From Halocafeteria seosinensis (taxonomy: Eukaryota), in contig LVLI01000939.1 in assembly GCA_001687465.1 (NCBI GenBank), positions 1 to 64,000 on the forward strand: 64,000 bases of DNA. Reading direction: 5' to 3'. Positions 33,757 to 46,762 of this stretch are shown piece after piece. Both the position numbers and the translations under genes were made by a program. How positions within the stretch are numbered: position 1 is the first letter of the stretch; each line of letters begins with the position of its first letter. The notes beneath the pieces are model-generated. The model had not been told where the DNA came from. It worked only from the letters and a program-made list of their open reading frames with translations, and searched no databases.

Positions 33757-36104
33757 ATGAGTTCGTCGCTCAGGAACGACAGTAGTGGTGATGATCACGC
33801 TTGGCGTCAGCTGTGTGAACGATACGCCACGAGTCGACGTCGTTTGGAGGCATTGTCCCGACACATCCAAAGCGGCCCTGGCCCTGAGGAAGAGACTCCT
33901 CCGCCTATCCGACACAATGTGGACAATGTCCACAAGGAGACGTTGCAGAGGGAACGCGGACAAGGTACGCGTTTGGATTGCCTCGATGAACCTGTGTGGG
34001 CGAGAATTGTTCAGTCGTTCGCGGTTCGGGTGCAGCTACATTCGATGTGAGTTCGATGATAGACTTCCTCAATGGAAGTAGGGAAATGACTGAAGCTCGA
34101 CGGAAAGTGGCAAGGGCTCTTGAGAGAGTGCCAGAGTTCGATAGTACTTATGACTCAGATATGACGCGCCGAGAATGGCGGCGGCGGCTGATGGAACGAG
34201 TACGAGCAGGATATCGGATTATGGTCTTGACAGCGGGAGACCCAACTCTACGCCAAGCTGCGATGGAGACTTTGGGGGTATTCGATCCCTCTTTTTGGAC
34301 ACGATTCGGAGTACATTTTGGGTTGTTTCAGACTGCTATTAGTGGTCAAGGAGATGAAGATCAACAGGCTGAGTGGATGCCGCTTCTCATGGGCCTCAGG
34401 ATTTACGGTTGCTATGGGATGACTGAACTAGGACATGGCAGCTTCGTAAGGGGTGTGGAAACAACCGCTACCTTTGTTCCTCCGAAAACAGCCTCGGATG
34501 ACGGCCATTGGGAGATAAACACACCCTCACTTACAGCTACAAAGTGGTGGATTGGAGCTGCAGCTCACACGGCCACGCATTGTGCCGTCTTCGCTCAGAC
34601 TGTAATAAACGGGCAGCGATATGGGGTGCACTCGTTTGTTGTGCCAGTCCGTGACGTAGAAACATTAGATTTGTTTCCAGGAATAGTAGCAGGAGATATC
34701 GGGAAAAAGATGGGAAGAGATGGTATCGATAATGGCTTCTTGCAGTTTCATAATGTACATGTCCCCCGCCGAAACATGTTGATGAAACATGCTGTCGTCG
34801 ATCGCAGTGGAAAGTATGAATCGAAACCTAAGTCAACTCAGCAAATGGAGTATTTTGCTTTGGTAGCCGGACGAGCAACTATGGTAAAAGACGCGGCTGA
34901 CTGGATGAAAAGAGCTCTTACTGTGACGATCCGGTATTCAGCCATACGCAGACAGGGTGAAAGCATGGTAGAAACGAATGGAGATGGGCCTCAAAATGGC
35001 ACATCCAACAAATCAGAGGTGCGCGAAACACAGATCTTAGACTACCTTACGCATCAGTATCGCCTCATTCCGTACCTCGCTGAAGCGTATGCATTCCACA
35101 TCACGGCAGCATACATGAAGGCGCTTGGGGATAAAGTCAGCGATGAAATCAGCGAAGGGGACTTCTCCGGTCTACCTGACATGCATGCCACTTCAGCTGG
35201 GTTAAAGGCATTTTGCACATGGTCCACATACAGTTGTATTGAAACCTGTAGGCATTGTCTCGGAGGTCACGGATATAGTAGCTATACTGGTCTCAGCAAG
35301 ATGCTGGCAGACTTCGCCGTCCAGTGCACTTGGGAGGGTGACAATGTCGTGCTCGCTCTCCAGACTTCGAGGTACCTCTTCCGATGTTACGAAAAGGTGC
35401 AGCAGGGCAAAGGAGTCACCGGGAGTGTGAAATATCTCCAAGACGAACTGCAGCCGAAATGCGGGGTCAAGAACATGCGCGACTGGTGTAAGTGGGACGA
35501 ACAGAGTGCAGCCCTACGAAATCTTGCTAAGCACAAGGTGTCCAGTGTCGGAGAACGTTTACTCCGTTTGTATCGTGAAAATGTTCAAGCTAATAAGGCT
35601 TGGAATGAATGCAGCGTTGATTTGTTCGAAGCATCGAAGATACATGTATACTGGACTATGGCTAGTGTTTTCAACGAAGCGGTGCAAAAACAGTACGCTA
35701 GAGAGGACTCTTCCAGGAGCAGTGGCAACATTGCGGGGACTCTTGAAGTCCTGAGGAATCTTTTCGTTCTCAATTTCTTGAGTAAAAAGAGAGCGATACT
35801 TCTAGAGCTCGGGTTCCTTTCTCCGTTGCAGTCTCAGCAAATAACTGCAATGGTGCAGGGCCTGTGTGCAACCCTCCGCAAGATAGCCGTTCCTCTGGTT
35901 GATTCGTTTGATTTTACAGATTTTATTCTCGAATCGCCTCTTGGAAAATACGATGGTGATATCTACAAAGCGTATATGGCCAAAGTAGTTAATGCACCAG
36001 GGTGCTTCGAAGGCGCCCGAGACTATAAGGACGATTTGATCAAGCCAATGCTCACTGGAGAAGATGTATTTATGGCTGCATCCCAATCGCCATTCGAGGA
36101 ATAA
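33757..36104 (+). CDS. Peroxisomal acyl-CoA oxidase, 2 exons
   Basis: GCYGMTELGHGS, TATKWWIG, CRHCLGGHGYS, TWEGDNVVL, SPLGKYDGDIY. Intron 33965-34035; N-terminal PTS2-like RLEALSRHI. Confidence 0.95.
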
Positions 36105-36132
36105 AACATTGCATAAAACAGAGCACTTATGC

Positions 36133-39100
36133 TCATTCTTCGCTCAAAAAGATTGACACGGGGGCAGCTTCAGGCCCTCCTCGTGTTCCGTCTGGTCGCT
36201 TTGTACGGTATGTTTGGCGTAGTGTTCGCTTCTTCGGCTCCGAAGCTAAAATGTTCTTGTATTTGTCGATCTGGTTGCTCTTCCCGGACTGATGATGCGT
36301 CTTGAAAACAACGTCATCCACAACCAACTTGTCCATCCATTCCTTAAGTTCTGCTTCCTGAGCAGCTTTGCGCTCAGCTTCTATCCCTTCGCCTCCAATA
36401 TGAACAGTTTTAAAGAAATTCGGATCCTGTTTACCATGCTCATCAACATAACCGAACTCAGTGTTCAAAGATTTGTTTGGTACAGGGTGCCATGGATATC
36501 CAGCTTCTATAGTTCGCTCCTGAGCAAGCTCGATTGCTTTCGTTTCCTCTTCATCTTGGTATGGAGCCTTGAGATCCGCTCGTCGAGCATCCGTTAGGGC
36601 TTGAGGATGTTCATATCTCTTCTTCATGTCTTTTTCGGTTACCCACGTAAATCCTTTTGTTGTCCTTCTCTTCTGCAGATCCTCCTCCTCCTCGGCTCGT
36701 TGAATATCTTCCATGTCATAGGGGGATATTGTGGCAGAGAGTCGTTGGGTGTCATAAGTGTGAACCATATCTTGATCCTTCGCGGCTCTCTGTTGGAGTA
36801 TTCGGCGGTGCATCTCGGCAGAACTTAACTTCTGGCCACTGTATATATGAAGATGCGCAGAGGAGTTGACGAGATCCTGAACCTCTTGGGGAATTGCTCG
36901 TCGCTGTTGATAACTGTTTCCTTCCTCTTTGAGTCGTTCAGTGTTCGATTTACTCTTCAAATCGGTCCAATCAATGTTTTGTCGAATGTAATCTCTGTTC
37001 CTCAGCTCATCCTCGTGTTGCTTCTTAAGCTTTTCATACTCCTCATTAGACATTTCGACACTGCCTTTCCGCTTGGTTTTGGCGCGCTTTCGGGAATCCT
37101 CAAGGGGTTCAAGTTCTTCTTCACTATCTTGAGGTCTTCCAGTTTCCAAATTAATTCCCTTAGGCACTGCCACCGTTGTCTCTATGCCTAAACGCCTTCG
37201 CTCCTTCCAAATTTCTTCCTTCCTTGCTAGCTCCTCTGCACTGTCCGGTCCCCGCAAGTCTTCGAGGGAAACGCTGTCTCCATATAACTCTTCGATGCTG
37301 GTCAATTGAATAGCAAGTGGAAATGCGTCAAGCATTTTAGCATAGCGTAAGCGTGGTACTCGCCGTAGCTCAAAAATCTTCTGTAACCCTCCCCTTGCAG
37401 ATTCATAGCGCGCATTATCGTGCTTATAAGTCGTTGGTTGCTGAACAAGATCCGCTAATCGACCTCGCAATCGAATTGTTTTGAGGAATAGGTTGAAGGG
37501 TGTGTATAGCCTATCGGCAAAATACACTGTGGGGTCGTCTAGTAACTTTGACGTTGGGGAATCCGGGTATTCTCTTCTTAGTGTAATTCTCATTTTATCC
37601 AAGGGAGCCTCCGCGGTAGACTCACTGTTGGCTACATCTTTTTCGGATGGAGAAACAATCCCGTCTTTGAATTTCCGCGGGCCGGCGCCTTCACCCCTCC
37701 CTTCGACCACTATTAGTCTCCATCTATCATCCGCAACGTGGAAGCCGGTAATAATGTCCAGTTCACCTTTGTTAGCCTTGTCAGCCTCTTCTGCGCTGAG
37801 TTCGTGAGTGTACGTGCTCTTAACATCATCAACGGCACTTCGATTTATCTTCTCCATTTCCTCTATGATACGCTTCAATGGGGAATAGTCTGAGTATTTT
37901 ACGCACAAAACCATCCTCTGGAACTTCCACTTGATACTGCGGTCATGGAAATCCGTGACACTAACTGGATGAAGTATGTTAAAATTCACTCGTACAGTCG
38001 TCATTGCGTGAGTACATGATGGTGTGTTTCGTAATAGCTTCTCCACAGCAGCTAGTTGAGCAGTATTCTCACCACCCGGCTGATCGCATTCCCGTCGCAC
38101 ACCAGTTGGATGGTCATGTACTAAATGAGATACCCCTTCCTGAGGGATCCTGTTGAGAAACGTCCCGCTGAGATACCCCTTCGACTCAAAAGCAGTGCCC
38201 TGTTCCTGTATCTGTTTCTCTTCCTCGTTGACACGTTCGTGACTTCCTTGAGAGATTCCCGCTTGTTGAGCCTGGCGCCATAGCCGCTCCTTCCGCTTCT
38301 TTTCTTTTGTCGTCTCCCTTTGCTGCTTCTCATTCATTTGAGTCTCTTCCAGCTTATTGTTCCGTTGCTGCAGAATATCGACCCTCTCGTCCAACCGACT
38401 ACAAAGTCGAGACAGGGTGCATTCAATTAGAACGTGAGGGTTTAGCATGCGGGCAAGGACGTTTCGTAAATCTAATTCTTTGAGGACCAACAGGTCGGTT
38501 TGATAAATTTCTTTACCGTCTCTAGCCGATGTGGTAACAGCATCATTAGGTTTGATCATTTGGAGAAACGAATCAACAGTATTCTGCTCTTCGAGGTAAG
38601 CGTTCCAACGGTCAACGCTCTCTCCATACGTTTCAGCTCCTATTCTATCCCCATAAAGCAGCTGCATAACTCTCCTGAGGGAGTCATCAGAATCAAGCCA
38701 CGGTAAATGGCTTAGCAAGTTCTCCCAAGGAATACACCAAGCATCAGTTTTCAATACTCCTTTCGCGATCATCCCTTCACCTGCATCCCTATCATGTATA
38801 CGAAGTTTCACTTCGTTCTCCTCCAACAACGAGCAGGCGCTACGCTGTTCAAGTAGACCTATTAAGTATGTCGTGGAAAAATTGAGATGATACTTGCAGT
38901 CGTTCCATGCACTGCGTTTCTCTTCAGGAACAGTATATACGCCTTTTTTGCAAACACAGTGGGGAGAAGTAGCGGTGCGGCGGAAGCTCTTATGAAATGA
39001 CGGACTCATAAGATCCGGGTGCTGAAATTCAAAGCTCACGTAGAGTGGATAGCAGTGCTTCTCTATACAAAATAGCCTCGTTGGCCGGCAATATTGCTGT

Positions 39101-40089
39101 ACGGATTCGTCATCCCCTGCAACAGAAATGCCAGGTAACCCCTTCACATCACGTACGAAGACGGATAGAGGGTTCAGCTTATCTCGTAACGACCCTGATA
39201 GGAGTACACCTTCACTTCCGTCTTCATTGCGTACAGTCACCTTGATTTGTAACGTCGAAACAAAAGATGGCAGTGTTGACACTGGTCGTTCCAACGACTT
39301 GCACTCTGCGATGAATTTCTCCCGGCTAGCACGCATAGCAACGGCTTCATTGATCCTGCTTAGTTGTTTCTCCGTGACTTCAGTCTTCAGGGAGTCCGCT
39401 TGAGTGTATCCCTGCTCTATTTGCCTGACATATTCCAATATATCCTCTTGAACCTCAATATCTGGCCAGCAACTGCCGAAACATGCCCCGTAACTAGTCT
39501 TAGAAGATAGCAATGATGATAAGTCCATCCGAAAAACGGCGGCATACCTATCACGCGGTGATTCTTGATCCAATTCTTCGTCGGGATCGTCATCTTCTTT
39601 GGTAACTGGAGCATCCATGATGACGCTGAGCTCCGGGTCAGTAGCAAATTGTTCGATCCATCCTTGGTCTATTGTCTGCAGGCTCGTCATGGATCTAAAA
39701 CGAACACCTGTATTTAATTTCTGCTTCTCCGTATCATCGGTTTCTTCTATGGATTGGTCATCTTTCTTCGTCTCTTTCTTCCCTTTGGAAGCCGGTTGCT
39801 TTTTGTCTCCTTTTGCTTCCTTCGTTTCTCCGGTGTCCTCGTATACATGTACCCACGAGGCATCGTCCTCAAGAGACGGTGTTTGGAGGCTCTCATTCTC
39901 AAATATGTTTGAATATACACGGAAGGTCGTTGTTCGAGCTTCTGGAGCATGTTTTCCGGAAAAGTCTTCAGTGAACCGCACGGCCAACTCGACTTCGAAC
40001 TTGACTTCCTGTGCGTCTCGTTGCCGTGCCGAGCTTTCGGTCGGCGAGGTCTGAGAAGATCTTTTCCCTTTCTTCGGTGGCATGATCAA
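36133..40089 (-). CDS. CFAP92: Cilia/flagella-associated protein, CFAP92 (KIAA1257)-like
   Basis: 1318-aa ORF with LNPLSV, LRIHDRD, FQRMV, LDIITGFHVADDRWRLIVVEG and LHIYSGQKLSSAE motifs recalled from CFAP92 homologues. Confidence 0.7.
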   Translation of the reverse strand: MIMPPKKGKRSSQTSPTESSARQRDAQEVKFEVELAVRFTEDFSGKHAPEARTTTFRVYSNIFENESLQTPSLEDDASWVHVYEDTGETKEAKGDKKQPASKGKKETKKDDQSIEETDDTEKQKLNTGVRFRSMTSLQTIDQGWIEQFATDPELSVIMDAPVTKEDDDPDEELDQESPRDRYAAVFRMDLSSLLSSKTSYGACFGSCWPDIEVQEDILEYVRQIEQGYTQADSLKTEVTEKQLSRINEAVAMRASREKFIAECKSLERPVSTLPSFVSTLQIKVTVRNEDGSEGVLLSGSLRDKLNPLSVFVRDVKGLPGISVAGDDESVQQYCRPTRLFCIEKHCYPLYVSFEFQHPDLMSPSFHKSFRRTATSPHCVCKKGVYTVPEEKRSAWNDCKYHLNFSTTYLIGLLEQRSACSLLEENEVKLRIHDRDAGEGMIAKGVLKTDAWCIPWENLLSHLPWLDSDDSLRRVMQLLYGDRIGAETYGESVDRWNAYLEEQNTVDSFLQMIKPNDAVTTSARDGKEIYQTDLLVLKELDLRNVLARMLNPHVLIECTLSRLCSRLDERVDILQQRNNKLEETQMNEKQQRETTKEKKRKERLWRQAQQAGISQGSHERVNEEEKQIQEQGTAFESKGYLSGTFLNRIPQEGVSHLVHDHPTGVRRECDQPGGENTAQLAAVEKLLRNTPSCTHAMTTVRVNFNILHPVSVTDFHDRSIKWKFQRMVLCVKYSDYSPLKRIIEEMEKINRSAVDDVKSTYTHELSAEEADKANKGELDIITGFHVADDRWRLIVVEGRGEGAGPRKFKDGIVSPSEKDVANSESTAEAPLDKMRITLRREYPDSPTSKLLDDPTVYFADRLYTPFNLFLKTIRLRGRLADLVQQPTTYKHDNARYESARGGLQKIFELRRVPRLRYAKMLDAFPLAIQLTSIEELYGDSVSLEDLRGPDSAEELARKEEIWKERRRLGIETTVAVPKGINLETGRPQDSEEELEPLEDSRKRAKTKRKGSVEMSNEEYEKLKKQHEDELRNRDYIRQNIDWTDLKSKSNTERLKEEGNSYQQRRAIPQEVQDLVNSSAHLHIYSGQKLSSAEMHRRILQQRAAKDQDMVHTYDTQRLSATISPYDMEDIQRAEEEEDLQKRRTTKGFTWVTEKDMKKRYEHPQALTDARRADLKAPYQDEEETKAIELAQERTIEAGYPWHPVPNKSLNTEFGYVDEHGKQDPNFFKTVHIGGEGIEAERKAAQEAELKEWMDKLVVDDVVFKTHHQSGKSNQIDKYKNILASEPKKRTLRQTYRTKRPDGTRGGPEAAPVSIFLSEE

Positions 40090-41265
40090 CTAAAATAAAT
40101 CGCAATTGGAAGACGTATATCACTTCCTCAACTCCCTGGTCTATGTATTGTATATCAGTTCCCAGAGCATCGGTCGCACATCCACGCTCGTCGCCAAGTG
40201 TGCCGAAGCCCTTTTACTCCTAAAAACAATACCAAGGACGAAATATCTCTCTCAGTGTAGATTGCACTTGACACAGATACCAAAAATGCCCACTTTATCG
40301 CTGCACACGAAGCTTATCCCCTACGGCGTGCGACACAAGGACTTGGACGTTTGCGCGCCAAAATGCGAAATAGCATATAGAACTCGAAAACATACACTCT
40401 AAAATCCACCACAGATTCAACAGAACCAGTAGAGGGCATTCATACCTCTCCGACAACGGGACTATTGCCAATCAACCATTCTGAAGATACCGTACATGTG
40501 CTGAATCAGCCCATCTGTTGAGCACGTTGAAGTTCTAGACACGACAATCTTTTCGCTGGTTTACGTACTTCAACTTCGCACCCATTCGCTGTCCCTCATC
40601 ATGCCTCATGCATGTCTCTAGGCCCATATTCATCAGAGTGTCCTTTGACTTGTGGTACTGAACCCTCTTGAAACGCCTCTACTGCTCCCTATTTCTGTAC
40701 CCCGTGAATTGTGGTGTAAAGACTGGATTTCGAAAGGAAACCACGCATTGAGCTCGAGGCTCATTCGGCGAAAAAAAAAGCAAGAACTCTCGGTTCTCTT
40801 CTCTGGCTGTTAGATTCATCAAGCAGATACATTTAGCCTGTAAGTGATTTTTCTTCGTTGTCCCTTTGACTCCAGTTCCCTTGTGTGACTCTCTGTCACT
40901 TCTGGGAGAACCTAGATGAAGGTGTCGTGCGCTGTGCTCGGTAAGGGGCGAACTTGAACCACGTAATGGAGCCTCATTATGGAGGTGTAGAGGCGAAATT
41001 TATTTCTACTTGCCGTGCTCGAGCCGCCCATTGCGTTTCATGCCACCCATTCCATGGGTCACGGTGGCTGCGTGGGCCTGAAGAAGGGTAACATGGATGG
41101 AGGTTTGAGGTTGATACTGGCTGCTTCAACTTGAACTTGTATCCAGGTGTGTGACGTCCCCACCATTATACGGTTCTATATTGTGTCCAGTGCAGCGTTC
41201 TGGTGTAGTATCTGAGAATATGGGTATCGCCATCACGGCTTCATGTGGAAGTATTATCAGCGTAT

Positions 41266-44126
41266 ATGAGTAATCAGAGAAAGCGGTCGCACCGGGAACA
41301 AGAGGAAGAAGGCACAGAGTCAAATCAACCTCAAGACAGCGCTCGCGACATAGTCCCGACTTCCTCCTCTGNCACCGCCGTTACGCGTTCAAGCACCTGC
41401 AAGAGGGCGCGACTGAACGAAGCGGAAAAATATCTGAGAGGCATGAGCGCCCAGTCGGAGGAAGGTACCCAGAACGGCAGTGCAGAGGACCGAGTTTGGA
41501 TACCGTGCATCCGTGCTCCTTCCTTTTCTCTCAATGCGCAGCTGGATAACTACAAATTGCATGACGGTGTCACCTTTTCAAAAGAGGAAGCAGGTTGGCT
41601 ATGCCTTGATGCATTAAAGGAGTGGGGTTTTGAGGAGGCTGCCCGTTCTTTAGAAAATGAACTCGGACATTCAAGCAGCAAGACACTCGACAATGTCAGG
41701 ATGTTTCGCGACGTCGTCCTCGATGGTAACTTTGATAAAGCTGTGGCGATGCTTGACGACCTGCCTTTAGCTCAAGATGTACGTATGGAATAATTAATCT
41801 AACTGTTGTGGCTCTTTGACTAGTACTTTGTTTGCAGAAGTTTTTGTCGGTTAAAGATGTCGTGACCTTCCTGTTGCTGCGGGAGAAATATATTGAGAAA
41901 TTATCCGAAGGGGATCAGGAAGGAGCAAATGAGGTATTACATCAGGCCTTGATGCCGCTGGTCAACAACCATGTCGATGAAGGGTGTCAGGAAGACACTC
42001 TTGGTAGTGATTTGGACGCCATCAGTTCTACCACCTGGGATGAAACCAATGCAACTGAGCTTTTCAACTCGGCCAATATAGCTTCGCTTCCGAATTCCAC
42101 CACTCCTGAGGCAGATGTTCCGCAGACTCCTTCTCGGGCTACCCCTGAGTCCGACCCCTCTGAAGAAGTCTGCTCTCGTTCTTCAACGGCAGAACCCTCA
42201 TTCGTAATGAGGTGTCTGACGTTTGCCTTTGGAAGGGTATGGAAGAAGTCGCATAAACCGAAGCGAGAACCGCGGCAAGATCTGTTTGACAGACGAGCAG
42301 GTAGTTATACGATGATGGTGGAGCACTGTCGAGAAGAAAGCGCCGCGACGTTTACCCAGATGGTTTCCGACCCTCTCGAGGCTGTTACTCCATTGTTTCA
42401 CCTAAACGTCCCTCTACGATCTATTTGGACTAAAAAATGTCTCAAGGACTTGTCGATGTTAGCCATTTGTGGGATGAGCAGTGCAGCCTCCAAGAAGGGG
42501 ACCTGTTGCGGAGCAGCTGCTTCTTCGGACGATCATTCGCTCAATAGGTCGACAGACAAGAGTCACTGGAAGACTAATTTAATGAGTACTGCCTACTGGT
42601 TGTCACCAGAGCGGGGTTCGCGGAAAGTTTTATGGGATTGGATCGCACGGGAAGTGCTGGATCCCGGAGTGATTCCTCCCGGCAGATTGAACGAACTAAT
42701 CGGCCAGGGTTTGGATTCTCAGAGTATGATGGCTGCAAAACATGGGAGTTGCTCAAAAAACTTGACCCTTGCCCATGATTTGGTAGACTTACCCAAGCGT
42801 AATCAGAGAGGGCAAGCCCATCCCGACAGTATTAGTCTAACCGGGCATGAGGAAGAAGTGTGGTCGGTTTGCTGTTCCCCGGATGGAAAATGGGCTGCTA
42901 CTGGTGATGCCGGAGGCAACTTAAGAGTTTGGAACATACAGAAAAGCATCCTTGCGTTGAAGAATGGCCAAACCGAGAGTGTGCAGGGTTCGAAAATCCT
43001 TGTACCTGCCCATGAAGAGCCCATAACTACGTTATCTTGGTCTAGCGATGGAGCCATGCTGCTTTCCGGCTCGGAGGACCGCACCTTGAAACTGTGGGAC
43101 ATGGAGAAGTGTATTCGGTCCGACAGTGGAGAGGACACTCGTGGCACCAGCAATATCTCCTCAGAAAAAGCATTTGGGAAACATCGGTCTAATATCACCA
43201 AAGTGTCATGGCTTAGTGACGGGAAACATTTTGTCTCATCTAGTGAAGACGGGACTTTAATCCTCTGGGACCGTCAGAGCCATAGTGCTGTTTGCACTGA
43301 GTGGCAAGAATTAGGGGTGACTGACTTTTCTGTGACGCAATACAATGCAGCGTCTTCAGATCCGTTTTCCTGTTTGGATCAAAGCAATCGCCCTACCGAC
43401 TGCGTTTTTGTGCTTCTTGAGTCTTCCGAATTGAGAATATTGTTCGTTGACACCAAGAACCCGCGGGACTTATATAGCAAAAGGTGTGCCATTCAATACT
43501 TACGGGATGATGACTTGCAATCTTCAAGTGACTTAATAAAGAGTGTGATTAGTTCTGGCCAGGAACATTCCTTACACGCCGGTATGAGGGTCGGCTCGCC
43601 TCCACAATCGGTAACTTCCGCCTTGGAGAGATACGCGCATAAACAACGTTCCAAGGAGAAATTGAGCACGAAAGGGACTCACATCTTCGGCTATCATGCT
43701 AACGAATTGGCCTCGCTTGATGATACAAGCTTTTCTGTTGACGACCGGTTTGCAGTGGGTCAATGCTCCTCCTTAACGATTGATGGTCGTGGACGATCAG
43801 CGCTAGTAAGCGCGCAACACCTTCCTCTCCGAATGTGGGATCTGTACGTAGGCAAACCTATTGGGCAGTACTTTGGACACTTGCAGCATCGGTATGTGCT
43901 TCACCCTGCGTTTTGCGGCAACCGCGATGAGCTGGTAGCAATAGGGAGTGAAGACTGCTGCGTCTATCTTTGGCATAGGGAGTCCAGCGAATACATACAC
44001 CAATTAGAGGGTCACACTGGTGTGGTGAATGCTGTATGTTGGGCTAAACACCATGACGGAGGTGCACTTATCAGCGTTAGCGATGATAAAACGGTACGAT
44101 TGTGGATACTCCCAGAGCATACATGA
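41266..44126 (+). CDS. WDR26: WD40-repeat protein with LisH/CTLH region, WDR26/GID7-like, 2 exons
   Basis: LisH (LDALKEWGFEEAARSLENE), CTLH (FRDVVLDGNFD), IPPGRLNELI, WD40 repeats, YFGHLQHRYV..F.G...GSED. Intron 41779-41837; one N at 41372. Confidence 0.85.
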
Positions 44127-44244
44127 TAATTTGGCCATGAGCACACCCCGCGATTGGTTCTTTCACAATGTGCTGTGAAACATAAGTGTTCTATTTTAGA
44201 TGTACGAGCCTTCAGCGAAATGTAATAAACAAAGAGCTACACAT

Positions 44245-45226
44245 TTACGCAGTATTCTCCTGTTGTGCTTCACCACCTTTCTTCGCTTTGCCACGCCGTT
44301 TGTTTTTCTTGGCGTCGTTCTTATTGCTATTGCTATCAGCAAATACGAACTGGTCGGCGTTGCAGAATGTACTCTTGTCTGCCATACTCTTCGAGTGAAA
44401 TTTGTATTCTATCATAGTCCGAGAATCAAGGTTCAGTATCCTTCGCAGCTTATCGCCGAGGTTGAACCGAATTTGAGGATTCCTGTTATCGTTGTTCCAA
44501 ATGCTGATCATATCTACTTTGCTTCGCGTAGCTACGGTGACGCCAACAACCCCAGGTTCCTCAAACATTTCTCCGATTGCTCCGAATAGCAAATCCTGCC
44601 AAAGCTTACTGAGTACACCCTGAGACTTCTTCACTTTAAGTATCCAGCAGCCCCCAAGTGGATAACTCTGAACGGCAAAACGAACCAAGACTATGTGAGT
44701 AAATGAAGACCGTACAAACCACAGTTCCGATTCACGCAAAAGTACGCACCTCCCACATGGGCATATGGCCTTCTCTGAAAAGGTACATGTTCATGTCATT
44801 CTCCATGGCGGATGGTCTTTGAAGATAAATGTAGTGTCTCCAGAAGCCTTCCACGGTGTCGAAGGTCCCCAGTTTATTCAGGTTGTCCTGATATTGGCTG
44901 CATGAATGGACGAACATACGTACGGTTCAAATATCCATTGAGCTACAGAATGCAGTCATACATACAAGTCTGGATTCTGTCGTTTTGCCTCCACATACTC
45001 TTGCCGAGTGAGTTTCTTGTCATACCTGTGAACCCCCACCGAGTTTACAACGCCATCTAGGAGGGTCTATACAAGTTTGACAGCACTTACCAAAATGTCC
45101 ACGCGGACTCTAGTGGGTGCTGTTTCCCTTCATGGGACGATTTCTGGCCGTGGGACTCTGTAGAAGTGTGAAAAAGAGGGAAATGTGGGGTGTCTGTGTC
45201 ACTACATCATCCTGTTAACCTACCAT
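44245..45226 (-). CDS. EIF4E: eIF4E-family cap-binding protein, multi-exon, start tentative
   Basis: HPLESAWTF|WYDKK, TFDTVEGFWRHY, LFREGHMPMWE|, GGCW, WQDLLFGAIGE, ISIWN, IEYKFH across GT-AG introns. Confidence 0.9.
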
Positions 45227-46065
45227 TTTGGGTCCCTTGTTGATGATTAGACGACATTATATATATGTTATACACGATGCCAGTGCTATTAAAATCACTG
45301 ACACATATAATAAAAGTGGTGTAACCTCACCAAACACCAAACACTTATTATGAGTGGTAGTTCGACCGCAACTTCCAGACTTCAACTGCCCTGGGTACAA
45401 CGTCAATGCCAATACAACGCAGCCTACTACTGCATAACACAGTGCATGGAGGTTGCCATTGGTTTTCGACATCTGAGATACTATTCGGAGTTTGCAGCGC
45501 GGTTGATGTTTATTGAGCAAGCCACCGCTTACTAAAGAAAATAATACAACATGTGCCCAGCGTGCTGGTTTTTCTGCTGGAGAATCACATATAGAAGCGC
45601 AAACAGCTGTTCCGAGCAGGGCTTCTGATCAGGAGGTAGGGTGCCGACGTCGCAATTCATACCAGTTCGTTTGGGTGACAACGTACCCAAACCACACACA
45701 ATTTACATAGTTGCGTGGGGCTGCGACCCACTATCCGAAAAAGCATATCCATGATATAATTCTCTCGGCTTGGATGATGCACAATAGGTGTTCTACAACA
45801 GACGCAGGCCCGGTCAGCACCAGTAATTGGGAAATTCGGTGACAATCCACGTCATATTCCACGAGACGCGGCATCCATACCACGTAATCCACACAGCTCG
45901 TCCAACTGAGTTCAAATTATACCAACGCTACCTAACATACTTGTTGACTGTATGTATAACATAGTCTTCCGTTTCCCGATTGCGTGTACCCATTTACAAC
46001 TCCAATAGATGTTTTGCCCATCATGCGCATTGTTCCCAGCCTAAAGTGAGGGTGGAAGTTTGTAA

Positions 46066-46410
46066 TCAGATAAAATCAGTACATCTACCTTGCCTCTCCC
46101 AGTCACCGTAGCGTGTCGGCTCCGGAAAAGTCCCTCCTTTCGTCGGTCCTCCCCATTCTCCCGTCTTTGGATCGATCATAGGGACCATGTCTTCGTCATC
46201 CTCTTCATCATCCCCCTCCACTAAACTATCGCTCTCATTGGGTTTATATCCCACGGCCGGTGTCGCGTGTAGCCATGATGCATGCTGTCCCCATGTCAAA
46301 GCGTTTTGTGGTCCATTCATGCCGTTGAAAGGCAGTCTAAACAGCATTTCAGTCTGACGTGTTCGCCTCCCCCGCAGGAGGCTTCCTGCCAAAGTGCGCA
46401 GACTATTCAT
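46066..46410 (-). CDS. SDHAF4: Succinate dehydrogenase assembly factor 4 (DUF1674)
   Basis: C-terminal GEWGGP...EPTRYGDWERQGRCTDF signature; basic presequence-like start MNSLRTLAGSLLRGRRTR. Confidence 0.9.
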   Translation of the reverse strand: MNSLRTLAGSLLRGRRTRQTEMLFRLPFNGMNGPQNALTWGQHASWLHATPAVGYKPNESDSLVEGDDEEDDEDMVPMIDPKTGEWGGPTKGGTFPEPTRYGDWERQGRCTDFI

Positions 46411-46762
46411 TGCCTTTGGGAGAAAACTGAGCACGTATAACAAGAGACCCGATCTACGAAAATATTCGTAACTGGTAGTTGCCTTACCAATCCACAGCAG
46501 TAGTACCATCATACTAAATTGCATGCCCGAAGAGCAGCAATGTAATACCCCTTCGCCGGGGGGCGTCGGTGGCTTCGGCACTTCGGCAGATCCCAGGGAA
46601 GCGGCACTTCCGTTCCACCGTAGACAGAGGTGTTGTTGGTTGATAAAATTGTCCCAAGACAGCAACAAGAGAGTTAAATTGCTCCTAGCAGAGGTTTTGA
46701 TTGCTTCTTTTCTTTCTTTCTGGTAGTGAGTCGTTCATTGAGGTGGCTCAGCACTTAAAACA

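Noticed and set aside
40940..41010. GGTTCAAGT (minus strand) resembling a tRNA T-loop/B-box
   Set aside because: Flanks do not form a T-stem or acceptor stem; no cloverleaf.
5329..45226. Ribosome-quality-control cluster (TRIP4, ZNF598-like domain, 4EHP-like eIF4E, RPL19, RAMP4)
   Set aside because: The genes are scattered among unrelated ones; chance in a gene-dense genome is sufficient.
45257..46030. Possible small multi-exon gene on the minus strand
   Set aside because: Splice-like sites exist but I could not build a consistent ORF or recognise a family.
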